NCBI GenBank assembly: GCA_025839675.1 | Contig: CP104013.1 | Location: forward strand, 2,010,001-2,042,000 | DNA from: Candidatus Lokiarchaeum ossiferum | GTDB lineage: Archaea; Asgardarchaeota; Lokiarchaeia; Sigyniarchaeales; Promethearchaeaceae | Length of the DNA stretch: 32,000 nt | Direction of reading: 5' to 3' | In this document: in pieces, positions 6,321-17,200 of the stretch | How the letters are laid out: each line of letters opens with the position of its first letter | How positions within the stretch are numbered: the first letter of the stretch is position 1 | The notes under the pieces: model-generated | The model's input: the letters and a program-made list of their open reading frames with translations, nothing else | Told to the model about the DNA's origin: nothing | Databases searched by the model: none | Translations under genes and position numbers: made by a program

Positions 6321-8699
6321 TTATACGTATTTATATCCCGCACGAACCCAAGCGATCATTCCACCTTGAACCGAACGAATGTATTCAAATCCTGCCCTTT
6401 GAAGTAATCGACCGGCCATATACGAACGAGAACCACTATGACAGATTGTAATTATTTCTTGTTGTTTATATTGTTCCAATTTTTTCATCTCTCCTTGTAG
6501 TTTTCCCAATGGGATGAGAGTAGCTTCCTTCAAATGACCTTGATTCCATTCTGATTTTTCACGAGTATCAATGATAATTGGAGGTGGATTATCAGAATGC
6601 AATTCTGCATACAAATCTTCCGCAGTAATTTCAGATAAAATTGGAAGACCTACAGGCCGAATCGATTTATCTTTTTTCTTAGTTTCTTCAGATTCTGAAA
6701 TTGTAGGTGTTGCATCCACATATGCCTTCTTCTTGAAAACTGTGGCCAATAGGATATCACCCTTCTTCTTTAGAGAAATCAAATCAATCCCATCATTCAG
6801 CTCTACATAGGTTTTGATCGTGGATGCAAAACTAGGATCAGTAGCTTGCACTTGTAAAAATTGTTCTTCTGGAAGATCTTTCAAGCCTACAATCATAGAA
6901 TTTAAGGGTCCAGGGCAAGAAAGACCACATGCATTTACAACTTTTAATTCTTTTTGACCAGATATATCATCCCCCGGCCTCCCTAATCGTTGTTCTAAAA
7001 TCTTTACACGTGGATCCACAGCCATAGGTGCAAATTCTTCAGGTCTCATTTGAGCATATTCAAAGGTCTTATATCCACCAGTTAAATTATAAACTTCTGA
7101 AAATCCGAGTTGAATGAGAGTACGGTAAGCAAGATATCCCCGAAATCCAACTTGGCAATTAATATAGATAGGCTTATCTCGAGGAATCAAATCAATTTTT
7201 TTACGTAATTCTAAATCCGAAATATTAAGAGCCCCTTCGAAATGTGCAATATCAAATTCTTCTTTAGTCCTCACATCTAAGAATACCCCACCTTGTTCTC
7301 GAATTTGGTCAACATCATGCCAATGCCAGATTTTCATTGTCCTGCGAAGAATATTGGAACCTATAAAACCGAGCATGTTTACCGGATCTTTGGCAGATCC
7401 AAATGGAGGAGCATAAGAAAGTTCTAATCGTTCTAAATCAAATACAGTGCCCCCAAATTTCATTGCCGTTGCAATGACATCAATTCGTTTTTCAGTACCA
7501 CTCCCCCCAATTGCTTGAACCCCAAGAATTCTTCCAGTAGGTATCTCAAATAATAGTTTTAAAGAAATCGAAGAGGCACCAGGATAGTATCCAGCATGAT
7601 TATTAGGATGAGCGTAAATTTTTTCATATGAAATACTTTTAGTTTTTAAAGTTCTCTCATTCATACCCGTGGCAGCTGCAATCATTCCAAAGATTTTAAG
7701 GACGGAAGTGCCCAATACACCTTCACAATGCGTTTCAACACCTGCAATATTGTCAGCTGCAACCCTCCCTTGTCGATTGGCGATCCCTGCCAATGGAACA
7801 GCCCAGGGTTCATCTAAAACCATATTATGGACTTGAATTGCATCCCCTACAGCAAAAATATTAGGATCTGATGTATGCATGGTATGATCTACAACAATAT
7901 GTCCCCTTGCAGAAAGATCTAATCCAGCATTTCGAGCTAAACTAGTATCCGGCATCACTCCAACGGCCATGATCAGCAAATCCGTTTCTATAGAATCACC
8001 ACTTTCCAATTTTACAATGGTTTTTTCTCCAGGTTTAGTAAATCCAACGGCCCGTTCATTCAAGTGTAATTTTACGCCATTAAAGCCCATTTCTTGATGT
8101 GCAATTTGAGCCATTTCAAAATCAAACGGCATTAAAATTTGAGGTGCCATTTCTACGATTTCGACATCGAAGCCTCGCTCACGCAAATTCTCAGCAATTT
8201 CAATTCCAATATATCCCCCTCCAATTACTGTTGAATGATTTACTTTATTATATTCAATGAATTTAGTAATTTTCTCCACGTCTGGAATATCTCGAATAAC
8301 AAAGTGAGGCACTTCATTTAGACCAGGAATAGGAGGAACAATGGGTTTGGCTCCAGGTGATAGAACTAACACATCATAGGATAGCACGTACTCGTCATCA
8401 TTTTCCAGTTTTTTGACTGTAACTGTTTTTTCTTCTCGATTGATAGAAATTACCTCGTGCTTTACCCGCACATCAAAATTAAATCGTTCATTGAAGAGTT
8501 CCGGAGTCATTAATTCTAGTGCATCACGCTCTTTAATTACATTCCCTACATAGTAAGGGAGACCGCAATTAGCGAATGAGACATAAGGACCACGTTCGAG
8601 CATAATTATGTTAACATCTTCACTTAAACGACGTAATCGAGCTGCTGTACTTGCACCACCAGCAACTCCACCGACAATTACAACATTTTTGATAGACAT
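6321..8699 (-). CDS. CoA-disulfide/persulfide reductase family flavoprotein fused to rhodanese, TusA/SirA-like and second rhodanese domains
   Basis: - The FAD fold is VVIVGGVAGGAS, the redox Cys motif is SFANCGLPYY, and the NAD(P)H fold is VIGGGYIGIE, followed by FAVGDA.
- Rhodanese domain 1 has the loop CQVGFRG.
- The TusA-like domain has the CPxP motif ACGLSCPGP.
- Rhodanese domain 2 has the loop CHSGSRS.
- The track start at 8756 is GTG. The ATG at 8699 (MSIKNVVIVGG) places the GxGxxG fold at the N-terminus as usual. Confidence 0.85.
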   Translation of the reverse strand: MSIKNVVIVGGVAGGASTAARLRRLSEDVNIIMLERGPYVSFANCGLPYYVGNVIKERDALELMTPELFNERFNFDVRVKHEVISINREEKTVTVKKLENDDEYVLSYDVLVLSPGAKPIVPPIPGLNEVPHFVIRDIPDVEKITKFIEYNKVNHSTVIGGGYIGIEIAENLRERGFDVEIVEMAPQILMPFDFEMAQIAHQEMGFNGVKLHLNERAVGFTKPGEKTIVKLESGDSIETDLLIMAVGVMPDTSLARNAGLDLSARGHIVVDHTMHTSDPNIFAVGDAIQVHNMVLDEPWAVPLAGIANRQGRVAADNIAGVETHCEGVLGTSVLKIFGMIAAATGMNERTLKTKSISYEKIYAHPNNHAGYYPGASSISLKLLFEIPTGRILGVQAIGGSGTEKRIDVIATAMKFGGTVFDLERLELSYAPPFGSAKDPVNMLGFIGSNILRRTMKIWHWHDVDQIREQGGVFLDVRTKEEFDIAHFEGALNISDLELRKKIDLIPRDKPIYINCQVGFRGYLAYRTLIQLGFSEVYNLTGGYKTFEYAQMRPEEFAPMAVDPRVKILEQRLGRPGDDISGQKELKVVNACGLSCPGPLNSMIVGLKDLPEEQFLQVQATDPSFASTIKTYVELNDGIDLISLKKKGDILLATVFKKKAYVDATPTISESEETKKKDKSIRPVGLPILSEITAEDLYAELHSDNPPPIIIDTREKSEWNQGHLKEATLIPLGKLQGEMKKLEQYKQQEIITICHSGSRSYMAGRLLQRAGFEYIRSVQGGMIAWVRAGYKYV

Positions 8700-8855
8700 A
8701 TTCTTACTAGGAACTAGGTTTCCTAAGAATAAATAGTTTGTGAATATTATTTGCACATCCTTAATTTTTAGATATTATGGAATATAAATCGAGGAAAAGC
8801 ATAGAACAATAACATCAGAACGATCTATATATAAAAATTTCCACTAATGAATGAA

Positions 8856-9015
8856 AAAGTGTAGATTTTGGATGAACATACCTTAAAAATCAGATAGTAT
8901 ATGGAAAAAAATACTTGAAATTACTAGCAACATTGAACCTTGATGCAATCAAAGTTGGTCGATAGTAAATCTTTCCGATTAATATTACAGTGATTCTGTC
9001 TAAAATCTACACTTT
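8856..9015. repeat. pair of perfect 14-bp inverted repeats (AAAGTGTAGATTTT / AAAATCTACACTTT) bracketing about 132 bp of non-coding DNA
   Basis: I read both arms directly: 8856-8869 and 9002-9015 are exact reverse complements. They lie in the roughly 360-nt intergenic region upstream of the CoADR-fusion gene. Confidence 0.4.
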
Positions 9016-9059
9016 AGCAATAGAACCGAAAAAAATGAGACATTTGACAAACATGCAAG

Positions 9060-10235
9060 TTACAAACAGGTCAAAGCATCATTTAAAGCATCCATTAACA
9101 ACTGTGGATTTTCTAATCCGATATGAATTCGGATCAACGAGATACGATCTTCAGGTATATTCTCAACATAGGAGATAGCATTCGCATATATTAAACTCTC
9201 ATAACCCCCCCAACTTACCGCTCTTTTAAACACTTTAATGGAATTTACAAACTGCTTAATTTTTTCTACATTGTGAGATTTCACTCGAAAAGAGAAGAGC
9301 CCAGCTCCACCGGTCATTTGGGACTTAGCTAAATTATTCTGTGGGAACGAGGAAAGAAAGGGATAACAAACGCTTTCAACTTTCGGATGTTTTTCCAAAA
9401 ATTCAGCGATTAATTGAGCACCTGCATTATGCTGTCTTAAACGGACTTGTAGGGTCCGCATCCCTCGCAAGATTAGCCATGCCATGAAGGGATCTGGCAC
9501 ATGACCGATATTAAGGAATTCTTGTTTATAAATCTGAAGCATATCAGATTTGTTACCGATTATCACTCCAGCCACCAAGTCTGAATGACCCCCAAAATAT
9601 TTTGATGCGGAATGTACAACGATATCTATCGCATGATCTATGGGATTTTGATAAAGAGGCGTTGCCCATGTATTATCAATAATCGTTTTGATTCCATTAT
9701 CTTTTGCAATCTTAGCAATGGCAGTGAGATCTTGGATCTTAAAAGTCAAGGAGGTAGGACTTTCAAGGTAGATAATTTTCGTATTCGGTTTAATTGCTTT
9801 GGCAAAATCTTGAGGATCCACCCCATCCACAAAATCATGTTCGACACCAAATCGCCCCAAATAGGTTGTGAATAATGTTTTAGCCCATGTGTAACAATCT
9901 CGGATGGAGATAATATGATCTCCCGTTTTAACAAAAGCCATCACAGCCGCAGATATGGCGGCCACCCCAGAAGACATTAATTTCGCTTGCTCACCATGTT
10001 CTAACGCAGCAATTTTCTGTTCAACGAGATTAACGGTTGGATTATTTCCACGAGAATATAGAAAACTATGCGTTTCGTCAGCCAAAGCAGCTTGATAATC
10101 TTCATAGGAATCAAACGAGAAGATGGATGTTTGAAATATGGGAGGAGACATAGCGTTGAAAGGGAGGTTTTCTTCTCCTAGATGATGAAGAATCTCGCTA
10201 ATATCCCGTTTTTGTTTCAAATTCTGCATGATCAT
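9060..10235 (-). CDS. PLP-dependent Cys/Met-metabolism enzyme (cystathionine gamma-synthase / gamma-lyase / O-acylhomoserine sulfhydrylase family)
   Basis: It has the family motifs PPIFQTSIFSF, YSRGNNPTV..LE..IA.LE and the PLP-lysine motif HSASKYFGGHSDLVAGV. Subfamily assignment is not possible by eye. Confidence 0.85.
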   Translation of the reverse strand: MIMQNLKQKRDISEILHHLGEENLPFNAMSPPIFQTSIFSFDSYEDYQAALADETHSFLYSRGNNPTVNLVEQKIAALEHGEQAKLMSSGVAAISAAVMAFVKTGDHIISIRDCYTWAKTLFTTYLGRFGVEHDFVDGVDPQDFAKAIKPNTKIIYLESPTSLTFKIQDLTAIAKIAKDNGIKTIIDNTWATPLYQNPIDHAIDIVVHSASKYFGGHSDLVAGVIIGNKSDMLQIYKQEFLNIGHVPDPFMAWLILRGMRTLQVRLRQHNAGAQLIAEFLEKHPKVESVCYPFLSSFPQNNLAKSQMTGGAGLFSFRVKSHNVEKIKQFVNSIKVFKRAVSWGGYESLIYANAISYVENIPEDRISLIRIHIGLENPQLLMDALNDALTCL

Positions 10236-10287
10236 TCAGTGAATTTATAAAATGATCACTAAATTTAAAATCATCAGCTAGCAGTTT

Positions 10288-11397
10288 TTATGGAAATTTG
10301 ATCTTTATATTCCTTAGCATTTTAGTAAAATAAACAAATATTGCCAATAATCCAACAATTAATATAGTTTCAGAATGATATCCGGGAACTGAATGTAATC
10401 TTTGAATAGATACCACTTCAATTTTAAAGTTTTGGATGGAAAAATCACCATTACAATCCCAAATTGTCAAATTACCCGCGTATGTCCCTGTAGCATTAAA
10501 GAGGTGAATATCTGAGGCAGTTGTTGAGTTAAAACCATCTCCAAATTGCCAAAGATAATTGATAATCGGATCTTCAGATTCTGAAATGCTGTAGAATTCC
10601 ACTTCATTTTTTGATTGTATCACTGAAACATTTGCAACGGGTAGATTATTTCCAGGAATAGTCCCCGATTTAATAGAATGAATTTCAAAATCAAGCATTC
10701 CAGAGATATTATCAGGCAATCTAATATCTAAGTAGTCAATTGCACCTAAAACGGGGTTGATTGTAAAATTTAATAAATAATCATAAGTGGAATCAATTAT
10801 TTCTGTAAAAAATGAATAATCTGTGAAATTAATATTCATCATCTCTTCTGAGAAAAATTCTTGCATATCATAAAGAGCCCCCAAATTTTCACCTAACATT
10901 TGGGTTATGGTTGTATTACACGGAAAAACTAATGGAAACTCAGGGAGATTTAGAATAATTTCACCTGTTTCTTTGGTATTTCCAATTAAAGTAGAATCAT
11001 CAGTCTTACTACGGAAATCATCATCAGCAAGCCAATGACCGACAGTGCCATTATAATCCCAAACATAAAAATCAGCCATAACTGAATAGAATGAATTTTC
11101 TGGAGAATCGCCGCAAAGATTCGGAATACAGGCTTCGGATATCACATATTTAAAATATGTATACTCACATTCCGATTGAGGTTCAAGAAACTCATAAATG
11201 AGAGAGTCTCCAACATTAATTCCCCAAGACCAAGAGTTATCAGAGGTTCCTACAATTTCTTCAATTGAAGAAGATATTGGAAAGACTCGAGTGTTATAAG
11301 ATAAAGTGCCCTCTAAATGAGTACAATTTGTAAAAATTACCCAGATCAATAGACTTGAGAAAATTTTTAGATTTACTTTGTTAATTAACCTCAACAA
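10288..11397 (-). CDS. secreted, C-terminally TM-anchored protein with a PKD domain
   Basis: - The PKD signature is YLWQFGDGFNSTTASDIHLFNATGTYAGNLTIWD.
- The C-terminal anchor is ILIVGLLAIFVYFTKMLRNIK.
- By my count there are about 10 N-X-S/T sequons.
- There is no ATG start. The track start at 11481 is TTG and would overlap the upstream gene by 68 nt.
- TTG at 11397 or 11394 gives a classical signal peptide (LRLINKVNLKIFSSLLIWVIFTNC). The start remains uncertain. Confidence 0.65.
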   Translation of the reverse strand: MLRLINKVNLKIFSSLLIWVIFTNCTHLEGTLSYNTRVFPISSSIEEIVGTSDNSWSWGINVGDSLIYEFLEPQSECEYTYFKYVISEACIPNLCGDSPENSFYSVMADFYVWDYNGTVGHWLADDDFRSKTDDSTLIGNTKETGEIILNLPEFPLVFPCNTTITQMLGENLGALYDMQEFFSEEMMNINFTDYSFFTEIIDSTYDYLLNFTINPVLGAIDYLDIRLPDNISGMLDFEIHSIKSGTIPGNNLPVANVSVIQSKNEVEFYSISESEDPIINYLWQFGDGFNSTTASDIHLFNATGTYAGNLTIWDCNGDFSIQNFKIEVVSIQRLHSVPGYHSETILIVGLLAIFVYFTKMLRNIKIKFP

Positions 11398-11413
11398 CCT
11401 CTTCAATGTGGAA

Positions 11414-14236
11414 TCAACCTGTGATTTTATGCTTTTTGATAAGAAATGAAAGGGACACAATGCAAAATAGCAAGCTCCCAAAGAAACTTATACTCATAGT
11501 TAAATAATCTACACTGATTAAAAAAGGAATCTCCGAAATTTTAGCAACATTTTGGAAAACTAAAATTGAGAGAGATGTACCTATGAACCCTCCAATAATA
11601 CTCGCAGAAAGGAATTTTATGCTCATTTCTTGAAACAGCATTCGAGATTTTTCTTTGGCACTTACCCCTATAGCGCTAAGAATTTTCAATTGGTGTTTTC
11701 TTTGATCCATCAATGAATTAAATGCAAAACTGATACCAATCAAATTCACAAAAACTGAGAATCCTATTATCAAATAATTATAAGTTCGGGTCAGTTGTTC
11801 ATTATTTTGAAAAAATTCACGTTTTTGAATAGGATCAGAAATAACATAGTTAAGATTATTATAAAACTGAGCATTGAAAGATTTTACAAAACTATCACGA
11901 CATTCTAGAGTTGATTCTTCTAACTTGAGCAAAATTTTATCTATTTTTTGGTTGAAAGCATTAAAATCACCAGATTGATTTAGAAGATCAAAGTACAGGG
12001 ATGGGGACACGATTATAGCTTCATTGGAAGAGAGTGAAACTTGATTTGTATGAATATTGGTAAATCCAGGTAACATGGAAACTATCCCAGCAACCTGAAG
12101 AATTCTTTTTTCAGCTAATTCAGGAAAAGTTTCCCAAATCGATAAAGAAACATAGTCTCCGACTTGATCAATACCAAGAAAAAGTGCACACGCCTCGGTA
12201 ATTATACATGAATTGTTCATATTGTACAAATCATCAAAAGAATGGAGGGTACTGTTGCTTCCTTCCATCCATCCGATATTTTCAAGAGGAATGATAGAAG
12301 AATAATTGCAATCGACAGCCATCAATCCACAAGGAATTTCTTGAAGTTGACCTAAATTGCTGAGAGAATTGCGAAATGTCGGATCTTTTCCTTTAGAAGA
12401 CATTTGTAGATTAATATTATTGGATTGAGATTGAAAATTGATTTCCGTCTCGAAAGAAAAAGTTGCATACATAGCTGAAACTTGAGCAACTGACGTCATA
12501 GATAAAATTTGATCCAAGACAATTCCCGAGATAAAATTATTTTCCTGAAGATTCCCCCCATTTATAATGTGAAGATCGGTTCCATATTCATATTGAATCG
12601 TTGTAATATACCCAAACATGCGAAGCTGTTGCGATGTAGCGATAAACTGGTTAAACGTAAATATGATTAGGACCATATAAACGTAAGGAGGATGATTAAT
12701 ATGTTTAGTTGCGAACCACATCTTTATTTGATGAAATGAACGCCGATCTCTTTTTCTCCATTTTAAGAGTTGCATTAATAATATATTGAAGTATTTCAAC
12801 AAATTTAGGGCGATTATGATAAAACCGCTTAAGATTATAATTAGTAATAGTAAGAAAAATCTTCGAATGAGGAGTGAATCGTTGGAAATTGCAATTTTTG
12901 GTAAGAAAAAGAAGATTATTTCTCCCATAAGAAGAATAAAACCTCCAATGAAAAGGGACTTGTAATTGACATTACCAAATTTTTTCGAAGTAAAAAATTG
13001 AATACCACCATCACGGTTTGGTTGCAATATCTGAATTAAATTCTTATTCCTCATAAAAAACAAGGGAAGAATACAAAGAAGGATACTAAGCCCAATCGTA
13101 AAAATATTAAAAGAATTACGGAAAATTGCCTCAAAATTGATCCCAAATAGAAGAAAAGCGAGTAAATGCCCTCCTAAAATCCCCAAAACAAGGCTGGGAC
13201 CCATATAGATGATATTTTGAATTAATTGAAACTGTGCAATTTTTTGTGGTGAAGCACCAATAACTTGAAATAATCCATGATCACGAATGGAATAGACAAA
13301 AATTGAATGAAGAATGGAATATATGACAAATGCAAAGAGAATGACCATTAAAATCTTCATTAAATCATAAATTATACCTGAAAAAAAAGTAAATTCATGA
13401 ACTTCTTTAAGTTGGATTAAGCGCGGTTCTAAGATAAGATAGGTTTCATCCAGAAAATTAATTATTTTTTGATTGATAGCATTAATACGTAGTTGAGTTC
13501 CATCTAAATCACCTAAATCATAAATAATTTCAGGATGCTCAAATTGACCAACTAAGAAATTAATGCGATTTTCGAGCTGGCAGAATTCTTGAGTAAAATA
13601 TAGATTGGTGAGTATCAAAGCGGATTCATAAATGGCGAAGCGACCATCATTTTCAACAATGGCATCAATCATAAGAGATTCTTCTCCCGTTGCAACCTGT
13701 ACTAAAATTTGATCGTTAATGCTTGAATTTAATAAAATAGCCGCATTTTTGGTAAGAACGCAATGTCCCGGAAGTATTTCATTTTCATATAGCAAATGGG
13801 TATTCTGAAGCTGTTCATCGCATAGCCATAATGATCCCAATGTTGGATTTGAAAATTCTTGTTGTGAATCTATCCCACAAATTAATATTTCTTGCTGAGG
13901 AAAAACAGAATCTACAATATCTTTAGTTGTAAAAGAAGGAATATATAGACGAGGAATTAAGCATTCGATGGATTCTATCTGATTGGGTATTTCTTTAGCA
14001 AGAGATTCATTAAAATATATATTATAACCTACGGTCTCCATCTTTTTAGATATAATTATATCTTGATTACCAAAATATGTCGATGAATTTTGAAAGTAAA
14101 CATAATTCAAAGAGGATGTTAAAGAACCTATAAGAGTAAGAAATATAATGGTTATTGTTAAACAAGTGATATATAATCCGGTCTTTTTTTTATGTTTACT
14201 GAAAGATTTACTCAAGAAAAACAATATTTTCATCAT
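11414..14236 (-). CDS. ABC transporter permease with two FtsX/MacB-type modules and two large extracytoplasmic domains (940 aa)
   Basis: It has two FtsX-like blocks: SIRDHGLFQVIGASPQKIAQFQLIQNIIYMGPSLVLGILGG and MDQRKHQLKILSAIGVSAKEKSRMLFQEMSIKFLSASIIGGFIG. Each block follows a hydrophilic region of 250 aa or more, and there is an N-terminal TM. Its ATG (14236-14234) overlaps the upstream stop (ATGA). Confidence 0.8.
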   Translation of the reverse strand: MMKILFFLSKSFSKHKKKTGLYITCLTITIIFLTLIGSLTSSLNYVYFQNSSTYFGNQDIIISKKMETVGYNIYFNESLAKEIPNQIESIECLIPRLYIPSFTTKDIVDSVFPQQEILICGIDSQQEFSNPTLGSLWLCDEQLQNTHLLYENEILPGHCVLTKNAAILLNSSINDQILVQVATGEESLMIDAIVENDGRFAIYESALILTNLYFTQEFCQLENRINFLVGQFEHPEIIYDLGDLDGTQLRINAINQKIINFLDETYLILEPRLIQLKEVHEFTFFSGIIYDLMKILMVILFAFVIYSILHSIFVYSIRDHGLFQVIGASPQKIAQFQLIQNIIYMGPSLVLGILGGHLLAFLLFGINFEAIFRNSFNIFTIGLSILLCILPLFFMRNKNLIQILQPNRDGGIQFFTSKKFGNVNYKSLFIGGFILLMGEIIFFFLPKIAISNDSLLIRRFFLLLLIIILSGFIIIALNLLKYFNILLMQLLKWRKRDRRSFHQIKMWFATKHINHPPYVYMVLIIFTFNQFIATSQQLRMFGYITTIQYEYGTDLHIINGGNLQENNFISGIVLDQILSMTSVAQVSAMYATFSFETEINFQSQSNNINLQMSSKGKDPTFRNSLSNLGQLQEIPCGLMAVDCNYSSIIPLENIGWMEGSNSTLHSFDDLYNMNNSCIITEACALFLGIDQVGDYVSLSIWETFPELAEKRILQVAGIVSMLPGFTNIHTNQVSLSSNEAIIVSPSLYFDLLNQSGDFNAFNQKIDKILLKLEESTLECRDSFVKSFNAQFYNNLNYVISDPIQKREFFQNNEQLTRTYNYLIIGFSVFVNLIGISFAFNSLMDQRKHQLKILSAIGVSAKEKSRMLFQEMSIKFLSASIIGGFIGTSLSILVFQNVAKISEIPFLISVDYLTMSISFFGSLLFCIVSLSFLIKKHKITG

Positions 14237-17200
14237 AGGTGAACTTTACTCCTTCTTTTTATGTGGATTATGAAAAACATTAGAGACACACCAATGACCA
14301 TACTTGATGAGAGTCCAAAAATAAGATTAAATGTTGATCTAACTTGCAGAGTTTTGATTTCACTTGTGATTTTTATCTGAGAAACGTAAAGATATCTAAC
14401 TTGAGCTCCCAATAATTCAAAATTACCTAGTTGCTCAAGATTTAGGGAATAGTTGAATGAAAAAGACTCACCCACACCTAAAATGAAAATAGATTTCTGC
14501 AGAACACCTTGGTCTAAAGACATAGATTGAATAGGAAAACCATAGTAATCATCAATTACCAGATTTTGAATGGGAATATCCCCGAAATTTGTAATTTTTA
14601 TAGAAACCACAACATTTTGACCCGTCCATCCTTGAATTCGATTCAAAATTTTGGAAATCGTGATGTTTGGAGACCCAAGTGGATGAGAAATACATGAAGA
14701 GAAATGATACAAGTAAGAATCCAATCCATTCATCCAAATCAAGGGGGATAATATAGCGTAGGGAAATATTATCTCAAAAATAAATACAGTTGTATAAGTT
14801 TCTAAAGGAGTTAGAAGGGAAATGTTTGAGTTTTGAGTGATATTTGTTAAAATATAGGAATCACTTGGAAATAATGGAAGAAGATTCACATTTGTAATAT
14901 TTGAATCTCCGACATTCATCATGGTACAATTCACAAGAAGTATGGATTTATTATGAATAGAAATAGAAGTATCAAGACTTAATTGAGGAATAAAAGGCAA
15001 GTGCAATTTATCATCAAAATATGGCTCGACGAACATTTCAACTTCATTTGATAACAAAATTCTTTGGTATGATTCATCTTCCCACCAAACTTTGGTAGAG
15101 CGTATTATTAGCGAATTTGGAGAAAAAAAGGTATAACTGAATTCTGTTTGAAGTGTAGAGGCATTAAAATATGGGATATTTAATGACAATATCTTCCCAT
15201 TCCGATCAAAATCACCAGAATCAATTAAAATTCCAACAATAGAAACATTTATCTTAATATTCGTAAAATTTTTATTTCCAGAATGATGAAGAGAAACGAT
15301 ATAACTATTCTGATACCCAGAACGTGTAAAATTTTGAACGAGTCGAGCGGTGGCTTTGATAGATGTTGATGAATTTAAAAAAATTGCTAGAGAATTAGAT
15401 CGGATATCATGAAATTCATAGCCATGTTCAGATCCATAACGGAATGTAGCAGGATCATTAGTTAGAAAAGTAGAATTTCCTGTATCTAAAGTGATTTGTG
15501 AGAAAAAGTTCAAAGTTGAATTTGGTTGAATCACCCAGTTGAGAGGATTATACATACTATAAGAATAATTGAAGGACTGAGCATATTCTACCAGTTGTGA
15601 TTCATTATAGGAAGTATGAACTGTTAAATCCGCTAAATTATCAAGAATGGATGCAGTAAAGGCAGGAGAATAACGAGAACGAACAGATTCATTTAAAATG
15701 TTTGGAAAAATCTGGGAAAAATAGCCTTGTCCTAAAAGATCAATAGAAAAAAAGCGCGGGATATCGCTTGAAAACATTGATTTAGTATTATAGCCCAAAA
15801 CTTCCAAACGATTTGAAATGGAGTTATCAGGAGAAAGGTTATTTATCCCAAATGAAGATAAATCGGGCATAGGAAGCCCCCAAACATCAGAATTACATAA
15901 GTTCTTTACTTTTAGGGTAAAATTAACCGTTTGATTGTCAAAAAAAAAGGGTTCCGAATGGTTCAAGGATATCATTTCTTTTTGAATTTTAATTAACGTG
16001 GGATTTTCTTTTAATTTGTACTTCATATAAAAATCTGGAACTGAATCAAAGAACAGGCAAGGAAGAAAAGATAAAGCAAATGGAGAGAATAAATCAAAAA
16101 AATCTTCCAAATTGGGTGCCAAATTTTGAACTTTCTTAGGAAGAGTTTTTAACTGCGAAATACTCCCTTGAGATTCAAATAGCACATTCCATTGATAATC
16201 CCTAAAGTTCAATGAAATATCAGCACCATTACTTGCTAAATAAAGAAAATGTTGGAGAGGCACAATGTTTTCAGAAGAAATATTAAACTTTTGAGGCGAA
16301 ACTTCAAGAATATCGGAATGTGCACATACAATCGATATACCAGAAAAAAGACCAAATAAAGAATTCAAACATTCAGTACTTAATTCTATTGGAAAATTAT
16401 CAGGTAACCCTAAAGCTTTCCGGAAATTGAATATATATTCGCCATTTTTCGTTTTAATTCCTTCCGAATTACCAGTATAACTCACTTGCAAGATATGAAA
16501 AGGAAAATTTATCAAATCATCAATATTCTGATCCAGGATTAAATTATCAACCTCTGCGGAAACCAGAGCTCTATCTGCGGAGTTACCCTCCATTTCGGAA
16601 AAATCATTGACTAAAGAGAGCAAGGGGATTCGATTTAGCGGAGTATAAATATCAAAATTTAAAGATTCATAATGTTTTTCCCAAAAATGAGTAATAACAT
16701 TTATGGTTGTCGGGGAATGAAAATAAAATAAGGATTCTTGAACAAAATTAGATGAAGAAATAGAAGTATTTAATGGTTGATTTAAAAAACTAGGATTAAA
16801 ATAACCTTCAGTTGATATAGAACCGAGAACATTTTCAGTAAACTGCGAAAAGTTAGAAATAAGACCGTAAAATGGAAAAAAGTAAATGTTCTCGTCGGTC
16901 ACATTTTGAAGCTCAATAATGTTTAGTTCAAATTTGGTTTCAAATAGTTTAACCACCCTATCCCTTAAAGATGCGACCACATTTGCAGAATAAGATGTCT
17001 CATAAACTAAAAAACCCAAAAAACCAAATTTAGAAACAGAAGGAGCATTTTTCCCATATGAAAATGTGGAGAGAGGAATAGGATTCTGCAATTCATTTGT
17101 AAAGGAGAGATAAAATGAAGCATTTGAAAAACATGGTTCTAAAAGATCTAAACCAAACATATTTCGACTATTTGAAACACGAGAATGATGAATGACAGAA

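Noticed and set aside
5416-6451. ORFs 5416..5715 (-), 5803..5991 (-) and 6230..6451 (+)
   Set aside because: They overlap the well-supported MBL, thyX and CoADR-fusion genes. These are typical AT-rich shadow ORFs.
6571-6810. ORF 6571..6810 (+)
   Set aside because: It is antisense to the rhodanese/TusA part of the CoADR-fusion gene.
8990-9934. ORFs 8990..9178 (+), 9612..9875 (+) and 9746..9934 (-)
   Set aside because: They overlap the PLP-enzyme gene, either in other frames or on the opposite strand. In addition, 8990..9178 starts inside the inverted-repeat element.
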